Assembly: GCF_006345805.1 (NCBI RefSeq)
Contig: NC_043000.1
Coordinates: 86,242,001 to 86,306,000, forward strand
Length of the DNA stretch: 64,000 bases
DNA from: Octopus sinensis
Taxonomy: Eukaryota
Reading direction: 5' to 3'
Shown here: in pieces, positions 49,249-62,230 of the stretch
How the letters are laid out: every line of letters begins with the position of its first letter
Numbering within the stretch: position 1 is the stretch's first letter
The notes under the pieces: generated by a model
What the model saw: only the letters and a program-made list of their open reading frames with translations
What the model was told of the DNA's origin: nothing
Database searches by the model: none
Translations under genes and position numbers: made by a program

Positions 49249-52200
49249 TTCAGTTAAGGAAGAACCTCAAGTGATAGTATAGTACATATGTAGAAAGCAA
49301 TAAGAGTGTGAAATATTCAATGTCTACAATGCATGTTTCTAACTATAATAAGATTCCTATTTATTTAAAAGGAAGACTCAAGAATTGATATGGTGAGAAG
49401 AAGCAAGAACAGTAGGCAAGGACGTTTTTGTTGAAGTTGCATTTCTAAGTTTATTCTTATTGGGAGTGGAAACTGTGACAAGGAAGAAAATTATTCTATC
49501 CATGATTCTTACAGTTTTAGTTGTGTTTGACTATATAAACTGTTCTATTTTTCTCTCAAAACCTAAAACATTCTTTTGTATGTCATTTGTGTAAACATTT
49601 GGAATGTGTAAAAGAATTGAAGCATTTCTGATACAACCATTCTTGTCCAGAAATTCAATCTAATGTTCCTTCATATACAATTCAGATCAAAACAAATCTT
49701 GTCTTCACCAAAACAGAGCTTCATTTAGTAAATAATTTAATGGGAACCTATAAAATATAGTTTTATTATTTCTTTCATGATCTGGCTCTTTCCTGTTTAC
49801 AAAGGAAATCAGGAAGTGAGTACTTAAAAACGTCAGGAATTTTCTTAATGAATAATTTATTAGATATTAATATGAAATAAATGTGAAGAATGAATCTTGG
49901 ATAAAGGAAATGAAAAATATGGCACCAAAAATTTACACCTTCAATCTTATTCCAGTCACCATTATAGTGATCATAGGTTATATATAAAATATAAAACTAC
50001 TCCAGACATGCAACATCATTTATCATTCTGCGTTCGATGAATACATACATCCTGCTATACTGACCATTCTATTCCCCTTTCCCTAGCTAAATTTCTTTTG
50101 ACATGGTTGTTTAAAACATAATAGCTGTGTGGTTGAGAAATTTGTGTGTATACGTGTGTATGTATACGTTTGTGTGTATGTATTAGTGTCTCTTTTCCAT
50201 GATATTACACGATAGTTGTAAAGCATCACTATCATACAATCTGTGTCCTTTATTTCCAATCTTCTGTAAAAATATGTCTGGCTTGGGTGAAATATTATTA
50301 ACTTAACTTAGAAGTAGGTGAGGGTTGGTGACGGTAAGGGCAGCTGGCCATAGAAAATTTGCCTCAATGAATTCCATCTGTCTCATTAAAGCATGGAAAA
50401 GTGGTAATTAAAATGATGATGATGACAACAATGATGATGATTCATACTATGGTAATCATGAAAATTTTAAGAAGTAGTTATTCATTTATATAGTAGTTAT
50501 TTATTTATAAAGTAGTTATTTATTTAGGGAAAATAATTTAAGGCAGCAAATAAATTATAAAATCACTAAACCAGTCAGGTAATAGAATATATTAACCAAT
50601 GAATGTAATTCTTTTTTTCCTGGCCAGTGGCTAAACTGGTCATTGAATTGTCAAGAAAGAAGAAAGATATATCTAATTCTTAGCCACTTTGATATTCTAT
50701 CTTTTGTAAATGTTAGCACTCCATAATTTTCTGCAATTACCTTAGAATCTGAGAAATAGGTTCCACTTATAATGTGTGCATGTGTATGTGTGAGTGAGTG
50801 CATATGTGTGTATATATGCATATATGCTTATATATATACACACACAAAAACATAGAAACATACATATAATGGAAAATTGGCAAAGTTGTCAGAGAAGGAG
50901 ATGAAATTTTTTATGGTTTTAGTTTGGGGGAAGGGATTAGTTAATAACATTGACCCCAATACTCAGCTGATACTTTGTTTTATTGACGCCCCACCAAAAA
51001 ATGAACAGCAAAGTTGATCTCGGTGGGATTTGAACTTAGAATATAAAGAGCTGGAAGAAATGCCACAAAGCAATTTTCCAGTGCTCTGATGATTCTGGCT
51101 GGCACAAGGATAGCAATTTTAGGAGGAGGGTGTTAGTTGATTATATTGATCCCAGTACTCAACTGGTAGTTAGTATTATCAATCTCAAAATGAATGTAAG
51201 GCAAAGTTAACCTCATCAGGATATAAACTGACTGTAGACAACTGGAATGTAAAATGCAAAGCTTTTCCCTCCCCAATGCTCCAGTTGTTCTACCAGCTCC
51301 TAATAAGCAAGTTTCTAAGTGGTTATTCACTCTTCTAGAAATAGCAGCCAATTGTCCTCAAACCATATCTAAAAAGGGAAAGACAGTCAATAATGGCATT
51401 CTGGATATATAAAACAGGATGGCTATAGTTGGAATACCTTTAATCACTAGTCTGCTTGATGAGATTGGACACGGAGATAAGCAACAACAACAATAACAAC
51501 AATGACAACATTATAGTATGTTTACTTCCATAGCAATGAAACACAATGAACTTAGTTAACCTAAAATGAAAAGATAATCGCTAATAACACTGATTGCTGT
51601 TTAAAACGAATATGTTGACAGTCTTTGTTTACCAGCAGTATTACTGAAAATGTTAGTTATAATCAATATTATAATATGTTAACAAACAATACTCCAGAAG
51701 ATGTTAAGTTCTATAATAGAATATATTAATCAATAATATAAAATATACTATGATATTGTAGAAGCACTCAAGAACTAAAGAATATTTAAACAAATTAAAT
51801 TATATAAGAGACACCAAGAGACATTCATAAGAAAAAAAAAGTCAATTCAAAATTGCCAAGGGACACTTGTTAGGAATAATTCTTTCCAAATTGGTTGCAG
51901 TCTTTGTCCCTGATTTCTTGGCCTCTGATGTTTTAGAATTAATTTAATTATTTTATTTATATTTTATTTTTACATTTTTATAGTATTATTATTAAAGTCA
52001 TTTCAGCCTTGTTTTATATTCTTTTCCAGTATTTAAAAACAAATAAGAAAAGACAATTTGAATTGTCGTTTATAAGATATTGAATTATTTATTAGGACTT
52101 TATAAATTATGGATCTATAAACGTTGGCAGCTGGATTTTAGTGTCATTTTTCATGTTTAACCATGTTTTATATTTAATGGAAAAGATAGTGAGATGCTTT

Positions 52201-52503
52201 AACTCTCCACTTTTCTTCTGAAGAAGGATTAGGGTGGTGCAAGCTATCTTCTCATGGTTATTTTCAAAATAAGTTGAAAACAAAGTGTCTTATTGTGTTC
52301 AATAGTTAGAGAAAGATATAATCAACACCAGTATTGAAAAAGCCAATATAAAACGATAAAGATAAGAACAACAGGAAGACAGTTTATCGTGAAAGTTGTT
52401 TGAATAATTTGTTTGCATTTTGCTTTGAAGTTATATTTTATATGCAAGTGTTGTCTTGAAAGTAATGCAAAAGTGGGTATAGCTTTTTTTTTATTGATTG
52501 ACA

Positions 52504-53050
52504 TAGGGTGTTCAAATAGTACATGTTGGTAGGTAGAGTGATTCTTGCTATAAAATAACTATTCTTCCTATTCTTTTAATTGCAAGCAAATGATGGATTT
52601 CAAGTAGAAGCTCTTGTTAAAGAGGGTTGCAGGCTGACCAACATCCATAGAAGGATACAGGCTGTTTATGGAAGTGGCACTATGGACAAAAGTAAAGGGC
52701 ACAGATAAATGAAAAAAATTTATGAAAGGAGAAGCCAGCATTGCAGACAAACCATGTGGTGAGATACCAACAACTCTGACCACTGACATGAATTACCAGC
52801 ATGTGGACGAATTGATTCACATGGACAGATGAATCACAGTGTGTGAGCTTGCTGCATAATTGGATTGTGTAACAATATATTAAAGAAGATAGTGGAGAAC
52901 TCTGGATATAAGAAAGTGTACAAATTGGGTACCTCAGCAGTTGACATCCAGAAGGATATAAGTCTGCTCTGATCTGCTGGAAGTGCTTGAAACCAATGAA
53001 GACAAAAAAAAAATTGAGAAAATATGGCATTTAGCAAGTTAGCTCTATCC
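52504..53050 (+). mobile_element. Decayed mariner transposase N-terminal fragment
   Basis: EALVKEGCRLTNIHRRIQAVYGSGTMDKSK...ASIADKPCG...HVDELIH matches the mariner HTH region, with stops and frameshifts. Confidence 0.55.
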
Positions 53051-54699
53051 AATGTGATTCAATGCATTTTTTTTTTAAATGTTCCTGTGGGAATTTTTGT
53101 TGACTTCAGGTTATCTTTGAGTTTGTATATGAGTCATAGTCTTCTTGTGCTTCTCCTTCCATCATGAAGTTGGCTATACATAAGAACTTTTGGAATTCAA
53201 TTAAAATGGATTGGTCATGTAAGAATGACAACATGATCAATCCATCTTAATTGAGATTGCAAAAATGGAGACGCAATACTATTCATTTTACATTTACAGA
53301 ATGAGTTAATATTTGAAATTCAGTCATTCAAGCTGTGTCCACAAATGGTCCAAAGACATTGCTTATGAAAGACATCAAGCTGGTTGATATTTGATCAATA
53401 GGGCACCAAGTTTCTTATCTAACCATCTATTATACTCCTCTCACACTCTTATGATACTACTTACCCCCTTCTTTACTCTGTCACGTTGGCCATATTCTCT
53501 CAAATGTTCACCTTCTCGTACTTTAAGAGTTTGCTCTGGTACCACATCACTACCATCTTTATCTTCTTCTGGCAACTGCTGTCCACCCTTATATACTGTT
53601 GGGGAGCCATGTATCTCTTCTAGAGCAAGACACCTGTGCTTGTCTCCCCATTGTACTTTAGCTTTTTAGCATCTAGCATAAAACCATCTTCCCTCTCAAA
53701 TACTCCCCCAACTTAGTAGTGGATCTTTTTTCCTTTCCCCCTTTCTCTCACTGTTTTCTTTGTATCTTCAAGTTACTTGGCAATCTCACCAGTGCCAGTG
53801 ACACCTCCCGAAAAAAAAATCACCAAGTACTCACTGTAAAATGGTTGGCAGTAGGAAGGGCATCAAACTGTAGAAACCATACCGAAGCTTGATGCAGCCC
53901 TGTGGCTTGCCAGATCTTTTCAAACTGTCCAACCCATGCCAACATAGAAAATGGATGCTAAATGAAGATGATGATCAATCACACACACGATATATTATAA
54001 TTAATAGAAGCACTAGATGGTATTTAGGTAAATAGAGATTTAAGAAAATTTATGTTTGTGTTTTTTTATTGGCCTGAAAAAAGCAGATATTATGGTTGCA
54101 CCACATATTTTCTCTGTGATTACAAAAAACCCCCAAAAAAAACAAAAAACACAGCCTGACTAGTTTCCTTATTTTATTTTACTCCTCAATCAGAAGTTAG
54201 TTACTCATTTTTCTGACTATAGATTGACCAGTAAATTATACTTATACACAACTGGGATGGAACCTAATTTATATGATAGTTTACTATGGTATATAACCAA
54301 AGGTTTTAGCTGTCTCTACATTTGTAAATTAAATTTACTGAATATGCACAACAGATGTAAATGTCTGCTATGTTTATTCAATCTCACTGTGGATGATAAA
54401 AGAGGAACTGACTGGACAATACTATTTTAAGTATTCTTAGATTTTCATCAGTAATCACTTACCTTTTATTTTACTACCCCTGTGAAATTGTATTTAGTTA
54501 TTTTTATACCAACCCATGTAAGACTGCTTCTGGTTGTATGATACAAACTTCATGTTTTAAGAGATCTTACTTTAAACTTTCCATTAAAATTGTATGTTAT
54601 GTTCTACAGGTATATGGCACAGTAGTTAAGAGCATGGGCTACAAACCCCAATATTCTGAGTTTTATTTCAGGCAGTGACCTGAATAATAATAATAATAA

Positions 54700-54750
<51 letters not shown>

Positions 54751-54754
<4 letters not shown>

Positions 54755-54905
54755 TCGAAAAATACCTTAGGAATGAAAACCCAGGCTCGAAATTTCCCCA
54801 AGACACCTGATGAAGGCTGAAGTGTATATCAGCTGAAACGTGTGTTAAGAACAAACAAAATGAGGGCAAATATCCTTCAAATGAAAGTTATGTAAATAAT
54901 GTACA
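54751..54905 (+). mobile_element. Penelope-like terminal repeat remnant with a hammerhead-like motif (54802-54846)
   Basis: GACAC-CUGAUGA-A-GGCUGA-agtgtata-UCAGCU-GAA-ACGU-GUGUU, downstream of an (AAT)n tract. Confidence 0.7.
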
Positions 54906-55613
54906 AAGTTGGTTTGTGAAATTCTTCAAGACTTTCAAAAAACAAAGACTGATTTTTTAACAGAAATATGTTAAAGGAAGGTTTAAAGTTCCTGCTACAC
55001 ATACAACGATCCAGGCAGACACAAAATTAAATTTAGAGAACTAAATTGCTTTGATAGCAATAAAAGTGCAAATGAATATTAATTAGCTTATTAATTAGTT
55101 AACAGAAACACTATGTTGCATTCAGATAAATAGAAATCTAATGTAAATTTACTGGTGTGTTTTCAGCTGTTATTACTTAACACTGAGTCCATTTTGACTG
55201 AGTAGATCTATGTTCAAGTGCAGCCTAGCCATGCTTATCTTAACTTTTCTCCACTGTACTCTGAACTACATTAGGTAATATTTTCTTCCTTTTTTAAGAT
55301 GGTAGGAAGTATTTTGATGAAGATTTGGATATTATTTCTAATGGGCAGAGTGACCATGCTGAAGTTTCCTTTCTTGGCTCAATTGCATTAGCTGGAATTG
55401 GAATATTGTTGGTAGTTGTAGGCTTGAGAATAGGGGATGTGGGGTGGGAGGCAAGTGCACCCTCCCGCCCAAATTTTAGGGGTGTAATGAAAATGCATTG
55501 AACATCCTCCTGAAAAACTGGTTTGCACTGCCTAAGCAAATTTCATTCCGGCACTTATGTTAGTAGTAGTGGTCTTGCAGCTATTGCTGTTACTGCAACT
55601 GATTCTACTGCTG

Positions 55614-55680
<67 letters not shown>

Positions 55681-55815
55681 CCTAGGAAGTCTGAAAAGAG
55701 CATTGATATTATGACCCTGTTTCCATCAATCCATTCACCACCCACTGGACTTTACATGATGATAATACACTATAATTACTATCAAGCTAACAAAGGAATT
55801 TATAGAGATAATTAT

Positions 55816-55859
<44 letters not shown>

Positions 55860-56723
55860 TGTACACCATTAAAATAATTCTAATATTATTACTTAGTTAT
55901 AATCAACATGATCAGGCCATTTTATACTAGTGCTTCTCCAATTCATCTATTGATTAGAAAAGTGAAAATTTGTCTCCCTTTGATATGCACTCTTTGATCA
56001 ATTTTGCTTAAAGAGATACATTTCTTATTGGATTTCATTTTCCCTATCTGCCAATTACAATCAGCCCTTGGCATTTGCTCATTTAGTTTCCCCAGTCTTT
56101 GAAATGATCAGTTCATTAAGATAAATGCCTCATGTAAACTACTGTACCCCATGTGTACATATATATGTTGATCTAAGCTAGTTAATTATTATTCTTGTAG
56201 AAAATAAAAGGCATTTTGTTGTTTATACAATAACCTTAAATATTTTCTATGATCCTATGCAGGGGTGCAAATTGTATTTCAATGACAGATTTTCACGAAA
56301 TTTATTTACAGCAAAAAAGATACTTTGGCTCTAATGGAGTACTTAAAATGATTGGAAAACTGATATTCTGAGTTCAAAGAGTTAAAATAACTTTAGGTTG
56401 ATTGGAGAATATACTGTTCAATAATAGTGATGAGGGTTGAATGTAATAAATCTATAGATGATTATCACTGCTGGATATGGACACAATGAGCACACTCATT
56501 CATGTTGTAAAAGAAATACACACACACACAATTTATATGAACATATATATATATATTTATGTGTGTGTGTGAGTGTATGTAAATGAAAGTTATGGAACAA
56601 CTTGGTAGAATTATCATCTCTTAGATGAAATGGAGACAGAGACCTGATTATAGACAGACCGATTCCATTTTATCAGTTTGAAGTAGAATAAGAGCAAAGT
56701 AGGTCAGTTGGTAGATGATTAGT

Positions 56724-56738
56724 TTGAAGATTTCATAT

Positions 56739-56786
<48 letters not shown>

Positions 56787-56847
56787 ATATATTACACACA
56801 TATATATATACTATGCATATATGTGCGTGTGTGTGTCTATGTATGTA

Positions 56848-56909
<62 letters not shown>

Positions 56910-57016
56910 CACATAAATGCATATATATATTTACATATACATTTACATATATATATGTATATACATGCACACACATATATACATATATTATGTATGTATA
57001 TGCATATGCATATATA
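56724..57016. repeat. Compound (TA)/(TG)/(CA) microsatellite
   Basis: Seen directly. Confidence 0.9.
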
Positions 57017-57894
57017 ATTTATGTGTTATTTGGCTCCTTGCACCCACCCACAGACATATTAAGATTATTGAGATTTATTGCCAATGATAAGAAAAAAACA
57101 GTTCTCCCCAATCATAATGCATTTCTCTTGTAATGAATATGTTTCTATTTTTAAAATTCTTTTGTAAAAGGAGCAAAATACATAGCTTATAGAAATATAA
57201 GGAAACAGTATAAAAAGACTGCAATATAGCAAGCATTTAGTTATGTTGTTCTTTATATTGACCTGTAATTGCTAGAAGACAAGTAGGGATAACCTTAGAA
57301 TAAGCAGAAGAGTCTCTCTCTCTCTCCCTCATATATATATATATATATATATATGTATATCAATGAAGTGAAATGTATGTGTTTGTGCAAGTATGTAATG
57401 TTCATGTTCTATGCTGGCATGAGTTGGGCAGTTTGACAAGATCTTGATATGTCAAGGACTACATTGTTCCATTGTCTACTTTGCTATAACTTCCATGGCT
57501 GGATGCTGTTCCTGACACCAACCACTTTAGAATGTGTACTGGGTGCTTTTTTCATGACACCAGCATTAGTGAGATCTCATGCTACTGAGAGAGATGACTT
57601 TATGCAAGAAATGAGAGATTAAAGTATCTGAGAAGGGATCAGAGTAGAACAGGTATGTTGATGTAAAGGAGCTATGAGAGTGGGGGTAATTTACATAGAG
57701 CTGAGAAGAGATAAAAATAATGATGATGAAGTGTCTAGGTGGACTCTCAAGGCATGAACTGAGTAGAAATTTGTGAGGTCAGAGAAATGAGGAGTGTAGG
57801 TACGTCAGGTTGCAAGAGTGTTTAGATGAGTGGGAGATGGGAAAGTGTGAGGAAGTGTGTATGCATATATAATAAATAAGAAAAGTATTGAGGG

Positions 57895-57896
<2 letters not shown>

Positions 57897-57956
<60 letters not shown>

Positions 57957-58212
57957 TAAAAATTGTATAATACAGCAGCATTTTCGAACTTCATTTTTTA
58001 CAAATATATATATATATACATACATACATATATATATACATACATATACATACATACATACATATATATATATATAATACATATATATATATACATATAT
58101 ATATATACATACATATATATATACATACTATATATATATACATATATTATATATACATACATATATATATATATATACATACATATATATATATACATAT
58201 ATAATATATACA

Positions 58213-58254
<42 letters not shown>

Positions 58255-58285
58255 CATACATATATATATATATATATATACATAC

Positions 58286-58334
<49 letters not shown>

Positions 58335-58410
58335 CATATATATATACATACATATATATATACATATATATATATATACATATATATATATACATATATA
58401 TATATATACA

Positions 58411-58446
<36 letters not shown>

Positions 58447-58512
58447 CATACATATATATATATATACATATTATATATACATACATATATATATACATAC
58501 ATATATATATAC

Positions 58513-58575
<63 letters not shown>

Positions 58576-58591
58576 CATTATATATATATAC

Positions 58592-58646
<55 letters not shown>

Positions 58647-58860
58647 CATATATATATACATATGTATATATATATACATATATAATATACATACATATAT
58701 ATATATACATATATATATATATATTATATATATATATATATATGAATGTATATATATATATACATATTTAGGCATTAAGCTAATTATATTTCCTTCACAT
58801 ACACACACATATATGCATGCACATATACACACACACAACACACATGCACACGTGCACACA
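57897..58860. repeat. ~0.95-kb interrupted (TA)n/(CA) microsatellite
   Basis: Seen directly. It accounts for all of the YI/IY-rich ORFs at 57.8-58.9 kb. Confidence 0.95.
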
Positions 58861-59666
58861 AAGAAACAATATTGATTATGCTACAAAACTTATTACAATG
58901 AAAAGTTACAGTTTATTATATTATTGAAGGAAAAAAAATAATGTAGTCATTTGAGACATCAATTAAGAAAAATCTTCTGGCATACTATCATCATCATCAT
59001 CATCATCATCATCATTTTTATTGATGTTGTTGTTATCAAATTGTGAAGTATCTTTGCTTTGTTTTGTTTTTACTGAAATTAATGTCAGCTTTGAAAGCGT
59101 TATGATATATTAGACAAATTTGAATACAGAAACACACACACACAACTACCCATAATGTACTATTATAAAATCAATTTCAATATGTCAAAAGCTTGCCACT
59201 CCCAAACTAAAATATCAAGTTTCAATGATGGAAGCAGAAAAGACCATATTATTTATATTTTAACAAACATTATTTAAAATATTTTAAACAAATTTCAGAT
59301 TCACTTCATGTTTAGTTCAACTGATTTTTTAATTATTTTTTCTGTCAGGTAAATGACAAGTTCTACCTAAAGTAAATAAAACTCAACTAGCTCATTCTCT
59401 TTCACTTCAGAAGATAATTTTGTACAGTCTTGATGATGATGGTGAAGGCTTTTGTTATAATTTATGTTTATTGGCTTTTACTACTGCGGCTGTGTTGTTA
59501 AGAAGTTTGATTGCCTATCCCATGGTTTCAGGTTCAATCCCACCATTTGGTACCTTGAGTAAGTGAATTTCACTATAGCTCTGGTCTAACCAAAGCATTG
59601 TAAATGGATTTGGTAGACAAGAACTGAAAGAAGCTCATTGTGTGTGTATATATATACACACACACA

Positions 59667-60979
59667 CAAGGGAGTACCCAAAAGTAACTGGAAATGTTCT
59701 CTGTGGGATAAGCCTGTTGTAGTTCAGACTTCTACCACTACCACTGGAGGCCACTTGATGTGATCCTCAGGCATAAGTCTGCCAACTGGCAGCGACAGGT
59801 GAAGTTGTACTGCCATGTGGTGCATCTTTGTTTTGCAGTGCTTCTCCCCAGTTTGTTGATTTTTGCGATGGCTGAAACGAAGAAACAGCATACTTCCATG
59901 AAATTCTGTTTTCTGCTGAGGAAAATGGGGGCTGAAACAGCTGTCATATTTCAAACAGTTTACAAGGATGCTGCCATGAGCAAAACACAAGTTTATGAGT
60001 GGTTTTCATGCTTTAGGAATGATCACTTGTCACTTGAAGACCTACCTCATTCAGGTTGACTGTCGACTTCCTAAATGAATTAAAACATCACAAAAATTCA
60101 TGAACTGATCTTGGAAGATTGTCACTGAACAATTGATAAACTTGTTGGTATGACTGGTGCATCCTCGTACTCCTGCTAACAAATTTTGAGTGAAGAATTA
60201 TGAATGAATAGAGTTACACCAATATTTGTGCCTTGCTTGCTCATGGAAGATTAAAAGCAGTCACAAAAAAATGCATGTCATGAACAGAAAAAAACAGTTG
60301 GAAGTTGATCTGAACCTTTTTTCAAAGGTCATCACTGGTAACAAAAGGTAGTGCTATGGCTATGACCCAGGAATGAAGCAACGATCAAGTCAATGGAAAC
60401 ATTCAATGTCACCACACCCACAAAAAGTGCATCACATGAAGTTAAATATCAAGACGATTCTGATTTGTTTCATTGATGCAAAAGAAATTGTTCGCACAGA
60501 ATTTGTTCCTCCTGATCAAACTGCTAACCAGACATTTTACTTAACAGTTCTGAAGTGTTTGCAAGATGTGGTGAGGCAAAGATGCCCTGACCTGTGGCAA
60601 AGTGGAGAATGATAGTTTCCTCACAACAATGCACCTGCATATACTACCTTGAGTGTGAGACAGTTTTTGCCAAAAATGGCACGACCTTGCTTACCTACTC
60701 TCCCTATTTGTCTGATTGTGCTGCCTGCAACTTTTTTCTGTTTTCCTGAATGAAAAATGTCCTTAAAGATGTGGAAGTGGTGAAGAAAAAAATGACAAAA
60801 GCATTAAAAGGCATCACTTTGCAAGAGTTCCAGGACTGCTTTAAACAGTGGAAAATGCATCTGGACTGATGCATTGCTTCAAATGGAAAATACTTTGAAG
60901 GCAATAAAAATGTAGATATGTAAAACTAGGTGAATAAAATAATATTGGAAAATTCTGGTTTCTTTTGGGTACCCTCTTG
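59667..60979 (+). mobile_element. Near full-length decayed mariner element (~1.3 kb)
   Basis: TIRs CAAGGGAGTACCCAAAAGTAACTGGAA versus the reverse complement CAAGAGGGTACCCAAAAGAAACCAGAA. Transposase pieces KFCFLLRKMGAET...SKTQVYEWFSCF...EDLPHSG and QWKH...EFVPPDQTANQTFY. Confidence 0.88.
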
Positions 60980-61045
60980 TGTGTGTGTGTGTATATATAT
61001 GTGTGTATATATATATATATATACACACACATATACATATATATG

Positions 61046-61077
<32 letters not shown>

Positions 61078-61251
61078 TACATACACACACACATACACAT
61101 ATAATATATATACATACATATACACACACATATATACACTCACACAATTACAAAGGAAAAAGGAAAAAATTAAAAATATATAAAAATATATAAAAATATA
61201 AAAAAAAATTGAAAAATTAAAAATTAATGGAACTTAAAACATATCCAAAAG

Positions 61252-62230
61252 CTAATGCAGGAACATAGTCGAAATGTGGATTCTAGCTGTGACCTTTCGG
61301 GGCCAAAAATCGTAACAGGTATTTCTTGAATTCAAACATGTAGTGGGGTCTAAGGAACTTTTCCAGATGAGCCATCTTTCCATATTACAAAGACCGCACT
61401 TGCCACTACTGTTGGTATAAAATTTGCACTTGGCTATGATCTTCCAGTAAATCCTGTAGTTGATACCTTGTTCTTTTAGAAACCATATATAACTGGATAA
61501 TTTGGTAGTTTTTCGTTTATTGCAGTGTCTGAAGCTTAAGGCGTGATTGTTGAAACTTACTTTGGAATTTCCCTCTGTGAGACCCACATATCTCTCAGAT
61601 GTAACTGTATTATTAGCGTTTGTGGAATTTACTGTGGCCTCATAAATAATGGCCTTGATTATATAGGCTCCATTTAGTAGGCACAAGTCTTTATCTCTGC
61701 AGGAACAGCCAGCTTCAATTTGTTGTGTTGTACTGTTTTGCGTAATAATGCTTTTGAAGTTCAGGGTGGAACTAAAACTAATTTTTATGTTATGTGTATT
61801 AAAGAGTTTTCTATATTTGTGCTGTATTAGAAAATGTTTATCTATACGTGACAAGAAATATTTACCTATATTAAAGGTCACTTTGGGGGAGTAAGGGGGT
61901 GTGAACCATATAATTTTCTTGTGTGTATGTTTTCTTGTCTTTATTTCTGCTCTAATAGTAGGCATGTAAGCTATTTCCTCTTTAAATTCACTAGCTTTAA
62001 GGGCATTGCCATATAGTGGAGCAGCATTATTAAATATGTTTATATTGGAGGAGAGGCAAGAAATTCTCCTACTAATATTCTTAACTAAATTCTTAAACAC
62101 TATGGATGATGGTGGTGACAGGAACCTACATTAATATAACTAAGTCTATCGTTGGGCTTCCTATAGGGTTTGAGAATGTATCATAGTTCTTTGCCCTGGC
62201 ATTTGAAATTCTAAGTACTATAATAACAAC
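61252..62230 (-). mobile_element. Second Penelope-like element (RT thumb, linker and GIY-YIG endonuclease), 5'-truncated
   Basis: The 282-aa ORF has KNISRRISCLSS, KIIWFTPPYS, CSCRDKDLCLLNG, IIYEATV...RYVGLTEG (GIY-YIG) and CGLCNMERWLI. The linker differs from that of the 12-13 kb element. Confidence 0.88.

Noticed and set aside
54461-54477. 17-nt minus-strand microexon (cacAG GGGTAGTAAAATAAAAG GTAAGT)
   Set aside because: The donor is good but the pyrimidine tract is poor. It is not frame-preserving and is expected by chance in 64 kb.
57822-58859. YI/IY-rich ORFs up to 240 aa
   Set aside because: Microsatellite translations.
61270-61325. Hammerhead at the 3' end of the second Penelope-like element (minus strand ctgttacga...cgaaaggtcacag)
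   Set aside because: The CUGANGA box is not intact and the stems cannot be assigned confidently.
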